A DNA stretch of 55,222 bases, filler included, from Sphacelaria rigidula (taxonomy: Eukaryota): assembly GCA_964200075.2 (NCBI GenBank). It is 6 parts of 6 records of this genome, joined end to end, with 100 filler letters (N's around TTAATTAATTAA, not from the genome) between each part and the next. Parts side by side here need not be neighbours in the genome. Positions count along the whole stretch, not along the records: positions 9,222 to 18,342 come from CAXNAA020009252.1; positions 18,443 to 27,563 come from CAXNAA020009253.1; 4 more parts are not named here. One strand, 5' to 3'. Positions 13,011-24,520 of this stretch are shown one piece after another. A program made the position numbers and the translations under genes. The notes beneath the pieces are model-generated. The model made no database searches and was not told the DNA's origin. It saw nothing but the letters and a program-made list of their open reading frames with translations. Each line of letters starts with the position of its first letter. Within the stretch, counting starts at the first letter, position 1.

Positions 13011-13587
13011 GTTCAGCCTTCGAATCAAAGGGACGTTCTCTCCGAGATTACCAGGATGCCTTTCAACAGTATCCTTAATGCCGTGAAGGCTGGGTGGTCT
13101 TGCTTCCAATGGGCTTCCATCCACCCCCTACGGGCGAAGTTCTTGACGTTCACCCTGAACACGTGTTTGGCGCTGTTTTATTGCGAAGTCATCGAGCCGC
13201 TCACGAGGACCTGTACGCCATACTGGCTCCCAAGTCAGGTGTTCCGTGCAGACATCTCCGGGTCTTGCGTAGGGGACAAGCATGCCGCAAATACATTCTA
13301 CTGTATTGTCGGCACGCTTGTCCTCTACGCGAGAGCCGGAGATGTCAGCACGGAACACCCGGCTTGGGAGCCAGTATGGCGTACAGGTCCTCGTGAGCGG
13401 CTCAACGACTTCGCTATAAAACAGCGCCGAACACCCGCTCAGGATAAACGTTGAGAACTTCGCCCGTAGGAGAAGGATGGAAGTCCATTTGAAGCCGAAA
13501 CCACCCAGCCTCGAAGGCGATAAGGACACTGTCGAAGGGCATCCTGATAGTCTCGGATAGAACGTCTCTTTGATTTGAAGGCTGAAC
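13011..13587. repeat. Long inverted repeat / fold-back hairpin (~285-bp arms, ~6-nt loop)
   Basis: Arm starting gttcagccttcgaatcaaagggacg pairs with ...cgtctctttgatttgaaggctgaac; perfect 40-bp core agccgctcacgaggacctgtacgccatactggctcccaag; centre ~13298. Confidence 0.92.
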
Positions 13588-14139
13588 AAGGTCAAGTGAC
13601 GTCTCGTCTGCATGCTTTGTCGTCCTCCCAAGGACATCCGTGCTCAAAGAAGTGGTTCCGCTGAAATCGTCTCCGTTGTTTAGGCCGAGTGTAGTGCACT
13701 AGACGTTGCGTTTTCTTTGTCTGCATGTTACGTGGATGTGGCGGTGGCCACGGGGTCGTCAAGAGAGCATGGCGTTCTATATGCATCTTCGGGGATCGGT
13801 GAGTCCTGCCCAAGTTGGTTATTTCATGTTCCGGGGTCGAACTGCGCGCACTCAAAATCGCTGGACTAAGTTGCAGTTTTTGCAGCGGGTAGTGGAAGGT
13901 ACAGTATACCGACGTAGCCTCGTCTGCCTGGATATGTGCTGGGTGCGCTTTTCGCTGACGAGTATCACAGTGAAAGACTCGCTGTTGGTGGTCCATTTTC
14001 GGTTCGGTGAGGAGTGACCCCAAGTTGAGGCAGTGGCGTTGTTCGTCGATTGGTGACGAGAAGGGGCGTGGCACGGTTTCACGCAATTATGAAGCACTGA
14101 TGTCTCACTGTGCTCGTACCTTGTACCTTGCCCCGGTGA

Positions 14140-14963
14140 GGCGGGGTCTCATCAGAAGTGATTCATCACTATTCAGAAAATCACTTTCGGAGAAGTGATT
14201 GTCCCCACAACGACCAGTGCTGCGTCTTATCGACAAGCAGTTTTGTTCAGATCGAAGCCCAGATCTGCGCACACGTAAAAGATGCGGTGGTTCTGTAAGT
14301 GGCCGTTAGTCCAATATCTCTGTACTGCTGCGGACAGGGCGCAGAGTGGTAGCACAGCGCCGACACACCTAGCCACGGAAACCGACAGATAGACATTCAC
14401 CACTCACGCGCATTAGCTCGAGTGCTAGCTCTTCATCATCTACACACGACAACCTTTGTTTGACGGAAATCAGTCCAGTATTAGCTGAAAGGAGGCCGCG
14501 TGCGTGTCAAATAGCTACCGAAAACGTGCTGTTGCTGACTGTTTTTGAGCGTGTGCTGTGCGCGCGTCTCACGCAAATCATCACTGAATTCTGAACCGAT
14601 TTCAGCAAGGTCACGCACAGCGTGCGCAGCTGATGAGAAGCATTGAATAGAGCTGTGTGTTTTGGTTTAGGAGGGCAATGTGATCCTCAGGTTCACGTTT
14701 GATTGTCTTGACTTGTCTGTCAAGACATCGGTTATGCCACTGTCAACGGGATGTTATATGTTCCCGTTCGAGGTGTCACAGGATCACTTTTTCAAGAGTG
14801 ATTTCAGGAATTTTCTGGTTCTTCCTGAAATCACTTTCGCAAAAGTGTTTTTCGGCACTTTTCGGGGGGGGGGGGGGGGTGATGTCGCAGCAACCAATCA
14901 TCGGCCGTTTTTCATAAAAGTGATTTCTTGACAAGTGATGATCACTTCTGATATGACCCCGCC
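14140..14963. mobile_element. PIF/Harbinger-like non-autonomous element (TGA TSD, GGC termini)
   Basis: TGA|ggcggggtctcatcagaagtgat ... atcacttctgatatgaccccgcc|TGA; repeated subterminal AATCACT/AGTGATT motifs. Confidence 0.82.
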
Positions 14964-16111
14964 TGAGACGGTGTGCCGGTGTGCCAAGGAATGGGCATCC
15001 CCCCGTCTTTTTCGGATTCGGAGTTTTGTACAGGCTACCCCGGGACAACCCCAGCAGCGGTGCCTGCTCAACGCCTGCAAGGATATCAGACGGAGAAAGT
15101 AGGACTGCATGAGATTCCGAGCTGTCCATCAGATATGGGCGAGTCATGGAGTTGGATAGGTCATAACATGTGGCCCCGTCCGAGGTCATCTGCGGGAGAA
15201 ATCGAAAGCCCGGTGTTTATTCAACATCACCCATCTGACAAAAGGAAGCGACGCGTCAGCAACAGTGGTGGCGTTCCTGGTGTAACCGCTGCATGATGCT
15301 GCTGTAGCTTACAGGTGTACCTGGTGCGACATGGTGTACTGCTTGTCTGGAGTGTGCTCAAGCGCAAGGTCGCTAGATGAGGCAGCCTTGCGTGTCGTTT
15401 CGGCTTCATCGCCTCGACATGTCGACGAAGCTCGTGGGGTATTTCATGTGCTGACCCTTGGACAGTTAGTTCACAGTGATATGCTCAACCCTTGGACAGC
15501 GAGCGTCGTCTTGGACCAATGTCACAGGCTGACGGCCCGGTGGCATTCGGTGGTTTCCAGTGGCCGGGTGGGGGAGTTTTTGACAGGGAGGGGGGGGGGT
15601 TCTGTCCGCAGAGCAGCCGAAAAGCTCACCAGGTCAACCATGTGTCTGCGTAAGTTTCCCGCGGAAGATTCTAAGCCATGGACGAGACCCGAGAGGCGCG
15701 GAATGACCATTCTGACCAATCACGGGCGTCAAAATGAGCACGTAGTTCCCGTACAGGTGGACTACTTCGCTGTACACTGGCACGTTTCATTTTGGTCATG
15801 ACAATTTAACCATAGGTTGCTTGGCTGCTACTGCTTCTACTACTACTGTATAATTTGTCGTCGTTGTTATTGTCGTTGTTGTTCGTGAAAGCTTGCACCA
15901 GAAGGCTGTACGCATCAAATCATATACAACATTCGCTCGTACCCATAATCATGTAGCGTACCCCCCCCCTCCCTTTATCTGCTCATGCCGGTCGCTCACG
16001 CAACAGACCCTGCTTCTCACCCGTTTGTTCTAAGCATGCCGCCTATTCCTACGGCTCACCCCAGTTCCGATGTCGACCCCCCCCTACCCCGCTTCATCCC
16101 GGTGAGCTCAG

Positions 16112-16231
16112 GTGGAAGAAATGGACAGAAAGCGCAGGCTGATGGCGTTGGTGAAAAAGCCTGGCTGGAAAACGGCTCAGCAAGTCTTGGAGCGTAATAA
16201 TTCTACCGCCCCGCAGCTGCGAGTGTGGCTG
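16112..16231 (+). CDS. Probable internal exon of an unidentified gene
   Basis: ctcag|GTGGAA...TGGCTG|gtgagt; 120 nt; VEEMDRKRRLMALVKKPGWKTAQQVLERNNSTAPQLRVWL. Confidence 0.55.
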
Positions 16232-16506
16232 GTGAGTTTTGGCCCGCTATAAAAAGTAACTCCGAAATATAAAGCCGGCACAACAAAGGAAAGAATGCTA
16301 GGCTGGTTTACTGTTGCCTTTGTTTTTGTTTCTCGCTTTTGTTTTTTGTTTTCGCATATTTGTTGTTTTTCAAATTTTGAGGCATGGACTTGAATTGAGC
16401 GGGTTTTTTTTCAGTGGGTTCGTCCCTGGGCACGTGCGTGTTTGTGTTTTACTTGTGCCGCTGTTGACACCATTTTGTATGGTGTATGGATGCGCCCTAT
16501 TTGCAG

Positions 16507-16578
16507 GACGGGTATGCAAAAGAAGTCTTGACGGCCACGGACGCCTCGAGAACCAATCCACAACAAACTTACTTTCAA
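16507..16578 (+). CDS. Probable next exon of the same unidentified gene
   Basis: tttgcag|GACGGG...TTTCAA|gtattt; 72 nt, phase 0; DGYAKEVLTATDASRTNPQQTYFQ. The 3' boundary is uncertain. Confidence 0.45.
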
Positions 16579-16752
16579 GTATTTCATGACCACATAACGC
16601 AACATGAAACCACAGGCGTTGTTAACATCATAGCTTGGGAAATATACACAGCGGGAAGAACCGCTCTGGGCACGCATACATGTGTGCGGTGCTGTAACTC
16701 AACGTGAACATGCGGGAACGACTCGTACCGGTGCTGTGCTCGTGGTGCTGTA

Positions 16753-17562
16753 CTTCCTCTGTGCCATAAGTAAAGTCCGTTATGGGGGTCAGATCGTATC
16801 TCGCCAACGGAGTTGTCAACCATACTATAGTTGAGTTTGTTGAAAAGCTATAGATGTGGTGATGCTCATGGAAAAAAAACAATGAGTCGTACTTGCTGAG
16901 AATTAGTGGGTTGAGAACCAAGAGTTTTGGTCGTTTTTTAGCTTTGTTTCGAGAATGTTTTTGAGAATATTTCGAGAATTTAGGTTATCATCGACGTTTC
17001 AACGCCCACTACCCCGCACAAGCACGATGAACTCCTCTTCAAGGCGTAAACGGGGCGCCGAGCTATCGTTGGGTAAACGTGATGCCATCGCGGTGGAGAT
17101 AGGGTTGGCAATTTCACCAGGCAAAACAAGAATCCAAGGGCGTTCTAGGCCCCATGGCGGAGCGTTATGGTGTTGGTGTGGACTACCCTAGAAACATTGG
17201 TCCGAGTGCAAAGCTCAGATCGACGAAACCGGGGAGCTCGACCCCTCAAACAAGACTCGTCGTGGGTGGCCGTCACTCCTTACCCCAACAAAGGCCGCTG
17301 CGCTGCGAAAGATTAACAAGGCGAATCGGTCGGTCATTTTCTTTCGATACTTTTTAGGCCTGGGGACGGGGCTAAACAAAGGTTTTTTTTTACGCTGACT
17401 GTTTTTTCCCGGCCGGTCGTGCATGCAGGGTAGTGTGTGCAAAAACAAAAGGGATTTCAACTCGAAGAACACCAAAGATGGAGAAAACAAAATGCCTGCG
17501 GCATCGGACACGGCTAAGAGTCCGTGTTATTATAACGGACTTTACTTCTGGCACAGAGGAAG
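16753..17562 (+). mobile_element. Internally deleted Tc1/mariner element with Stowaway-like TIR and a frameshifted transposase N-terminus
   Basis: TA|cttcctctgtgccataagtaaagtccgttat ... ataacggactttacttctggcacagaggaag|TA. Remnant translation ~17027-17330: MNSSSRRKRGAELSLGKRDAIAVEIG...MAERYGVGVDYPR...WSECKAQIDETGELDPSNKTRRGWPSLLTP (HTH-like region plus a degenerate GRP motif). Confidence 0.85.
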
Positions 17563-18442
17563 TATATATTTAGGCCCACCTGTCCCGATAGAACACAATA
17601 TCAGATTTTATTTTACCCTATTTTGGGGTAGTTAGCCTGTGACAACGGAAGGCGTCCGCACCACATGCCTGTACAGAGTACTGCGCAGATATCGGAACGG
17701 TTTTTAATGTGAAGACAACAACAGAAGGGGTGTCGATAGCCTTGCCCGGGAGAAAAAAACATTTTGAAGAACCGCTCTGGTTACGCACATGCACGTACCG
17801 TGCAGTGCTGCGCTGTATTTTACCGCACTATACTGTCTTCAGTTTTCCTGACAACTCCGGCGAACACATGGGCACGAGTCGTACTGGTGCTGTCTACGCG
17901 TGGCCTCAACCTCCTCCCTCTCGACTCGAAAGGGATGCGTGGTCAATGGTCAAACGACTAAGCAAGCAACAAATGGGTACGCTCCCTCCTCCCTCCTAAG
18001 GTACATTCGACAGTAGCGAGAAGACGATAGGTATACTACGGGATGAATGGTGGCCACAGACGGTGAAGCATGAAGGGGATAAGACATGTACCAGATAAAA
18101 GATCCTTGTGTCATGTATGGAAGAAACGTAGAGAGCACCCAAATGTTACAGGTGTGTCTATTAGGAGTAGGAACAGTGCTGTGTCTCGAAGGGGGTCCGT
18201 GGTCAATGGTCAAACGACCGAGTCAAGCAACGAACAAGTGCGCCCCCCTTTCCCCCCCCTCCCTTGCTCGATGACACGAAATTCGACAAGAGCATATGGA
18301 TGAGGTTACCAGGAGAGCGGGGAACGAAGGACTTCTTCGTAGNNNNNNNNNNNNNNNNNNNNNNNNNNNNNNNNNNNNNNNNNNNNTTAATTAATTAANN
18401 NNNNNNNNNNNNNNNNNNNNNNNNNNNNNNNNNNNNNNNNNN

Positions 18443-18570
<128 letters not shown>

Positions 18571-18967
18571 ATGGACTGATTTTTTGTTTGTTTCGGTCTT
18601 TGTTCTTGTTTTTTTTTTTTGGTGGATCGAGTTGGGTAGGTTGGGTTTCGGAAAGCATTTTCACAGGGATATGGGGTGTTGAATAAGAGATGAAAGCTGC
18701 CTTTTTGATGTTTCGTGTTCGTTGCTTGATTCACCGCTGCTGATGAATGTTTTTGTTTGTCGTACGCCTCTTTTTCTGTGCTTTCGTTGGGTATTTCTTT
18801 CTTTAGTTCCCAAGGTTTCGTGACTTGATCAAAATGCACGCTGTCAAAAACTATACGAGTATGCAAAATTATTATTACAAAGGCGGCAAAATCAAATAGA
18901 AATGAATGAGGCATAAAGCGAGTATAGCCAGCGAGCGAAAGGAGGGCTCGGGAGCGTCATACTTTTT

Positions 18968-20291
18968 CAAGGGTAGGTCGAGTAGAGTATGTACTTTTGA
19001 GTACTCGAGTAAAGTACTTGAGTATTTACTCTACTCGACGTTTGAGTAGGTTGAGTACGGCCTCATAGACTCTACTCAAATTTTGAGTACGTTGAGTACG
19101 GCCTCAAATACTCTACTCAAACTTGGAGTAGGCCGAGTACGACCTTAAATACCCTACTCAAATATTGAGTCAGCACTCTCGGTAATACTCGAGTGTAGAG
19201 TATCACTTGAGTATGACCTCAATACTCTACTCAAATATTGAGTACGTCGAGTACGACCTCGAATACCGTACTCGAAAATTGAGTAGGTTGAGTATAGTCT
19301 CAAATACTCTACTCAAACTTCGAGTAGATCGAGTACGACCTCAAATACTCTACTCAAATATTGAGTAAGAACTTTTAGTAATACTTGAGTATAGAGCACC
19401 CCCCTTGGGTATGGTGAGTACCCCTGACAGTCGGCGACCTCGTGACGTCACTTCACAGACCATCGTGAATGCATGGGCGAACGATGACCATCAATTAGAT
19501 GGGCGGCGTTACATCACAGCCAACAAGGAGTATGAGCTAATGATGGCCGTGAAAACATGAATAAATAAAAACGTGCAGGTGAATGAACCTACCTGCCCCA
19601 GCGCCCCATCTCACCAGCCCCCCACCCACGGCAGTTTATACTCGATACCTCGCAACGCCTCCGATATCACTCTCAGTACAGAGCGCTACTCATCATCATC
19701 GAGTAGACGAGTAGTCGAGTAGGTATTATCAAAATGAACGACTCTGCTGGCCACATAGAGTTGATCATGGGTGAGCAACTCTGGGAGATACCTCGGTATT
19801 TCCTCTACCCGAGTATGAGTATCTTGCGTACGAACTTGAATATTGAAGTTGAAGTTATAGGTTTTCGGTACATCGGATCTGGCCTCAGATACCCTACTCA
19901 AACTTTGAGTAGGCCGAGTACGGCCTCATGTACTTTACTCAAATTTTGAGTAAGTTGAATACGGCGTCAAATACTCTCCTCAAACTTGGAGTAGGTCGAG
20001 TACGACCTCAACTACTCTACTCAAGTATTGAGTGAGCACTCTCAGTAATATTCGAGTATGGAGTATCACTTGAGTATGGCCTCAATACTCTACTCAAAAA
20101 TTGAGTACGTCGAGTACGGCCTCAAATACTCTGCTCAAATCTCAAGTACGTTGAGTAAGGCCTCAACCACTCTACTCAAAATTTGAGTACGTTGAGTACG
20201 ACCTCAAATACTCTACTCAAACTTCAAGTACTAATAGTATGACTCTTCAAAAATACTGAGTATTGAGTTTAATATACTCGACCTACCCTGG
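18968..20291. mobile_element. Non-autonomous 8-bp-TSD DNA transposon (hAT/P-like) with internal 41-bp tandem arrays
   Basis: TACTTTTT|caagggtaggtcgagta ... tactcgacctaccctgg|TACTTTTT; arrays at ~19029-19398 and ~19892-20240. Confidence 0.88.
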
Positions 20292-20318
20292 TACTTTTTG
20301 AATGCATAGTATATTACA

Positions 20319-20451
20319 CACCCTGGACGGTACATTACATTGTCAAGAAGTATAATGCGCACAATATGGAAGCTTTTGTCTACTGTATTGCAGTAGACGC
20401 AATAGTCGATACTGTACGTGGTACTCCTTTAGTACTACATTGTCCAGGGTG
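20319..20451. mobile_element. ~130-bp MITE-like element (CCTGGAC termini); relatives at ~25791-25917 and ~26743-26872
   Basis: caccctggac...gtccagggtg; shared internal atactgtacg and gtcaa motifs among the three copies. Confidence 0.6.
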
Positions 20452-21026
20452 AGATATACCGTGCGGTATGTTTTCGTCATTGGCAGTGGTGCTCCCTGTA
20501 ACGTAGATGAGTGTCATCTGGGTTTTCCCGGCGTGTGAAGATCCGTCGATGGTAATATTCTAAAAAGATATCTACAATAGCGCCTGGTGGTCTCGTGATG
20601 TTCAAACACTCTTGCAATAAAGATCCGGATCCTTTTTTTTTTTCCGAGTCTCGCAAGTGGTTGCATTGTACGCGATTTCGCATCGGTCATCCGTTGAGGA
20701 GTATATTCCGTTTGGGATGTTGAGCACTATAAGAACGCTTTTGGTAAAGTATGTCCCTCTCTTTTTGTTCATGCAGAATGATCAATCATGTGCGGAATGT
20801 GGGGATCGCGGTATCCCTTTCATCAATTCCAACCGATTTTCCATATTTTATTTCTGTCGTACTCGTTTTTGAACACATACACATACACATGTCTAACTAA
20901 GATTACGTGTAGACGCTCCCGTGCAAGCGGGACAATTAGACCTACTATTAAAAGCAGTACACTTTACAAACCTCTTCAGCTCCACGTCACCCTGCGGCAT
21001 TTTTCATTTTTGAAAGCTTGATGAGA

Positions 21027-22060
21027 TAGTGCAATGTTTTCCCATCACTTTTCACCTTCGACGAGGGCGAGATCCGACCTTCGAACCAAGCTGTCAGTGG
21101 CTGAAAGTATGCGGGTAATAGGCAATACGCGGAGCCCTGATGGTGGATCTGACACTTTGATTCTGAAAAACGGTAATTTCAAGTTTACATGCATGCACGG
21201 TGAACACAGGAGACATCAGGACGCGAGAAGAGCGTCTCTTTTTCCTTCGGGCTAGAGTTTTCTTCGAACCATGTCGCTGTATATGTGTGGCTGTATTGCG
21301 CGAAACACATGATAACGTAAGGTTGATCAGGTAGTGCAATGATTTTCCATCACCGTTCACCTTAGACGAGCGCAAGATTCCGCGTTGACCCAAGCTGTCA
21401 GTGCCTAAATATGCGCGCAATTGGCCATACGCCGAGTCCTGATGGTCCTGACGTTTTTATTCTGAAAAACGGAAACTTCAATCTTACATGCGTACACGAT
21501 GAACACGAAATACACCGAAACGCAAGAAAGGCGTCGATGTTTCCTTCAGGATGGAGTTTTACTTAGACCATATATGGCTGTATATGTGCAACACACTCAC
21601 GTTGAAGCGGTAACATGATTAGTTTTCCTTACAGCGTAGGCGTCCAATCAGTGAGAGCGTAAGCAAGAACAATAAAAAATGCAACTCACCGCCCGGCGCT
21701 TTTTTCGCAGGCCTATCTTTGCTTCGATTTCTCGGAGTTCGGTGAATTTTTGCGTCGCAGTTTTTTTTAAGTTTTATGTCTCGTTCTGGACTGTCTATTA
21801 TTTGGCAATCGCAGCTTTGATTGTATGTGTGCAACACATGGCGTTCAAACGGTGACGCGATGATATTTCCTGACACCATAGGCGTCTGACTCGTGTAAGC
21901 GTGACACATGCGTGCGCCATATCAATATGGTTCTAATCAATCATAGACGCTGTGTTTGTTGTTGCCTGTTTGCAGCCTTCCACACGGCGCTTTTTTCGTC
22001 GGCCTTTCTGTATTCCTTAGATTCGATGCTCGGGGTTCGGGGTCCGGTGAATTTTACAGC
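21027..22060. repeat. Degenerate tandem duplications (~305-bp pair at 21027/21332; second pair at ~21583/21824)
   Basis: tagtgcaatg...ttcacctt.gacgag...ccaagctgtcagtg...cctgatgg...attctgaaaaacgg repeated; then atgtgcaacac...tttcct.aca...taggcgtc repeated. Confidence 0.72.
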
Positions 22061-22121
22061 CGATTTGCCGCGGTTCGGTGAATTTTGGAGCCGAATTTTA
22101 GTGTCTCTGTCCTGGCCGCCC

Positions 22122-22447
22122 ATGTATTTGTGCACAACCTGCAAGTCGAAATATCCCACAACATTTGCGTATCAACATCCGATTGATGAGGCCAGGGCAG
22201 CCAGGAGAAGGACACGGCCAGTCGGGGTTCCCGTTATCAAGGATCGCGCGCGGCTTAACGGAACCCCCAACAAACGCAAGCCCAGCCAGCCCTCCGAGTC
22301 GAGGGGTTCCGTTAAGCCGCGCGCGATCCTTGATAACGGGAACCCGACTGGCCGTGTCCTTCTCCTGACTGCCCTGGCCTCATCAATCGGAGGTTGATAC
22401 GCAAATGTTGAGGGATATTTCGACTTGTAGGTTGTACACAAATACGT
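22122..22447. repeat. Near-perfect fold-back hairpin (~145-bp arms, ~35-nt loop)
   Basis: gtatttgtgcacaacc...cggcttaacggaacccc | loop | ggggttccgttaagccg...ggttgtacacaaatac. Confidence 0.93.
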
Positions 22448-23149
22448 TGCTTCTTCGTAAGCAAGATACATGCTGGGGGAGCGCAACGGTTGTTTCGCGA
22501 AGGTTTCTTGGTGTGCCTTTACTTTTCCGTCTTGACTTTGTGCAATTGTTGGCAAGCAGTTTTTATATAGGAAAAACGTCTTTCCATCAGACATTTTCTC
22601 GCGGGGGGTAGTCGTCCATGTGGTCCGTCACAAACACAGTTGATAAAGTCGCGTCCTTTTTGCTCACGTAAGAAGTATGGCATTTTTCGTGAAATGTCGA
22701 ATATTGCATCGATATATCTTGAAGCGCATTTCAACCAACAGGTGTACATGGAGATGTTGCTCTTTTGTCAGCAAAGTATCAATTTCTGAGCAAAGTCCTA
22801 CTTTTGAAGAACGTCTCCACTTTTTTCTCCTTGTTTTCGCTCTTTTTTTCCCATCAGAACGCACTGTCTGTAACACATGCGGGTCTTCCGCGTTCTTCAC
22901 ACTTTTAAAACGTGCAACAAAATTCAGCGTGTTTCATCCATCATTACGCGCCCTCAACGTTCGCGTTCCTTAGCTCTGGTGTGTTGACGGAGTTTGGACT
23001 GAAGGCACTGCAGTTCTTGTGGATTTGTTTTTAGTGGTCGAGCTGGGGTGGATATGTGATATCCTATTTTTTTCCCCCCCTCTTCACTAACCACTGGTGT
23101 TTTCGAACGCGTAAACGTGCGTACTTTTCGTTTTCTATTTTTTGGAGGG

Positions 23150-23355
23150 GAGGCAGGGGTACTAGTTGGTTGCTTGCCTCAATCATTTGACCATTGACCA
23201 CGCATCCCTTTCGAGACGGAGCATTGTTTGGGGGGTAGAGGGGGGAGGGGGGAAGTATACTCATGACCTCGCGTGGCGTAGTCATATAACCGTTGACCTC
23301 GCATCCCTGCAAAGCCGGGGCGGAGCACGCCGGGTTTTCGCCGAACGAGGCTCGA
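23150..23355 (-). repeat. High-copy dispersed repeat with two related modules sharing the core AGGGATGCGWGGTCAATGG
   Basis: Module A also at ~5-90, 17920-17997, 18180-18265, 53243-53330, 54927-54990. Module B also at ~8590-8665, 27410-27563, 46318-46505, and split at 49324-49384 + 49940-50060. Confidence 0.8.
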
Positions 23356-24520
23356 GGAGGGGGGGACTGATCCCCCTTATCTACAATACACCCATCGCTA
23401 TTCCCACCCAAAAGATCGTGGGGGTTACAACGTTGTCTCTTGCATCAGATGTGGCTTTGCACGCAAAAACAGGACACACCTCGTTTGATGTGTCTTGTAG
23501 TCATGGCTGTACGCGTAACGGACCAGGGAATGTGCGACAAGCAATCAATCGATCTGTCAATTGAAACACGCGAACAGCGCGTGCTGTCCCTCGTCTTGTG
23601 CCACACCTCGTTTTTGCAAGCAGTGTTTCAAAACCTCCCTGATGTATATTCGTTTGCCATTTTTTTTTATTATTATTATTATTTATTACTCTTTGCAAGG
23701 AGAAAAGGTAGGAAACGAAAAAGTGGCGAGAGTAAACGCCGCTCTTGTTTTTAAAAGCATGTCGACATAATTTCGGGCAATATACCATGTAGAGCCACAT
23801 GAGTATTTTCACAATACCTACCCGGGATGAAACAAAAAAGAAACTAGTCAATGAAGAAATTACTATGTTTCTCTTTGAGCTAGCCACTAGGCCCGGTACT
23901 TGCCACCAGGTCGATCCCGTTTTTGTTGTTCTTCACCGGAACATGTGCGTGGAAGTATATCCAAAATTTAACGGAACTTCCGGGGAAGCGGCTTGTTTTT
24001 GTTTTTCATGTTATAGTGAATGGCTGCCCGGGAATCCTCGAATGTTGGACCGCGGGTCTGCATCAAAGGAGGGCTGATGCGATGGTGGCGTCAAAAAAGG
24101 GGGGGCAGGAGGGGAGGGCGAGAAAAGTGGTGATCGCAGTTTTTCACGATAAAAATCGAGGTTGGGTGTTCTTATCGCCCTGGATTATGGATAATAAGTG
24201 CTCCGAATACGGTCAAGGCCTGCGGTATATTTACACGCCGCTGCCGTACGTGAAACAGTACGGACGGGCGAAAATGTCACTTTTGTAAAAAACAGACTGA
24301 ACTATATTACATTTTTTTGTCATCGTGGAGCTAGATTTGACGATATCACCCACAGTTGGATGCGGATACACGTGTGCCTACACTGACGTGGTGGTGCTTC
24401 CCCCCTCTGCCGCACCTGCCGCTGTCCCTGCCTCTACCTCTCGTTGTACACCGGTCTCGTTATACGAGGTTGTTTTTTGTCGTTTTCCGCTGCTGCTGTG
24501 TGGGTGAAAGTCTTGCATCA

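Noticed and set aside
13056..13637. Pair of homologous antisense ORFs (similar pairs at 21912-22594, 26070-26667, 42275-42783)
   Set aside because: They are by-products of DNA inverted repeats and show no recognisable protein motifs.
19029..20240. CRISPR-like array of palindromic repeats
   Set aside because: Units are contiguous tandem repeats without unique spacers, sit inside TIRs with a TSD, and no cas-like ORF is present.
24069..24160. Candidate exon upstream of the PH-like exon
   Set aside because: Its phase is incompatible with the PH-like frame at 25226 and it has no recognisable motif.
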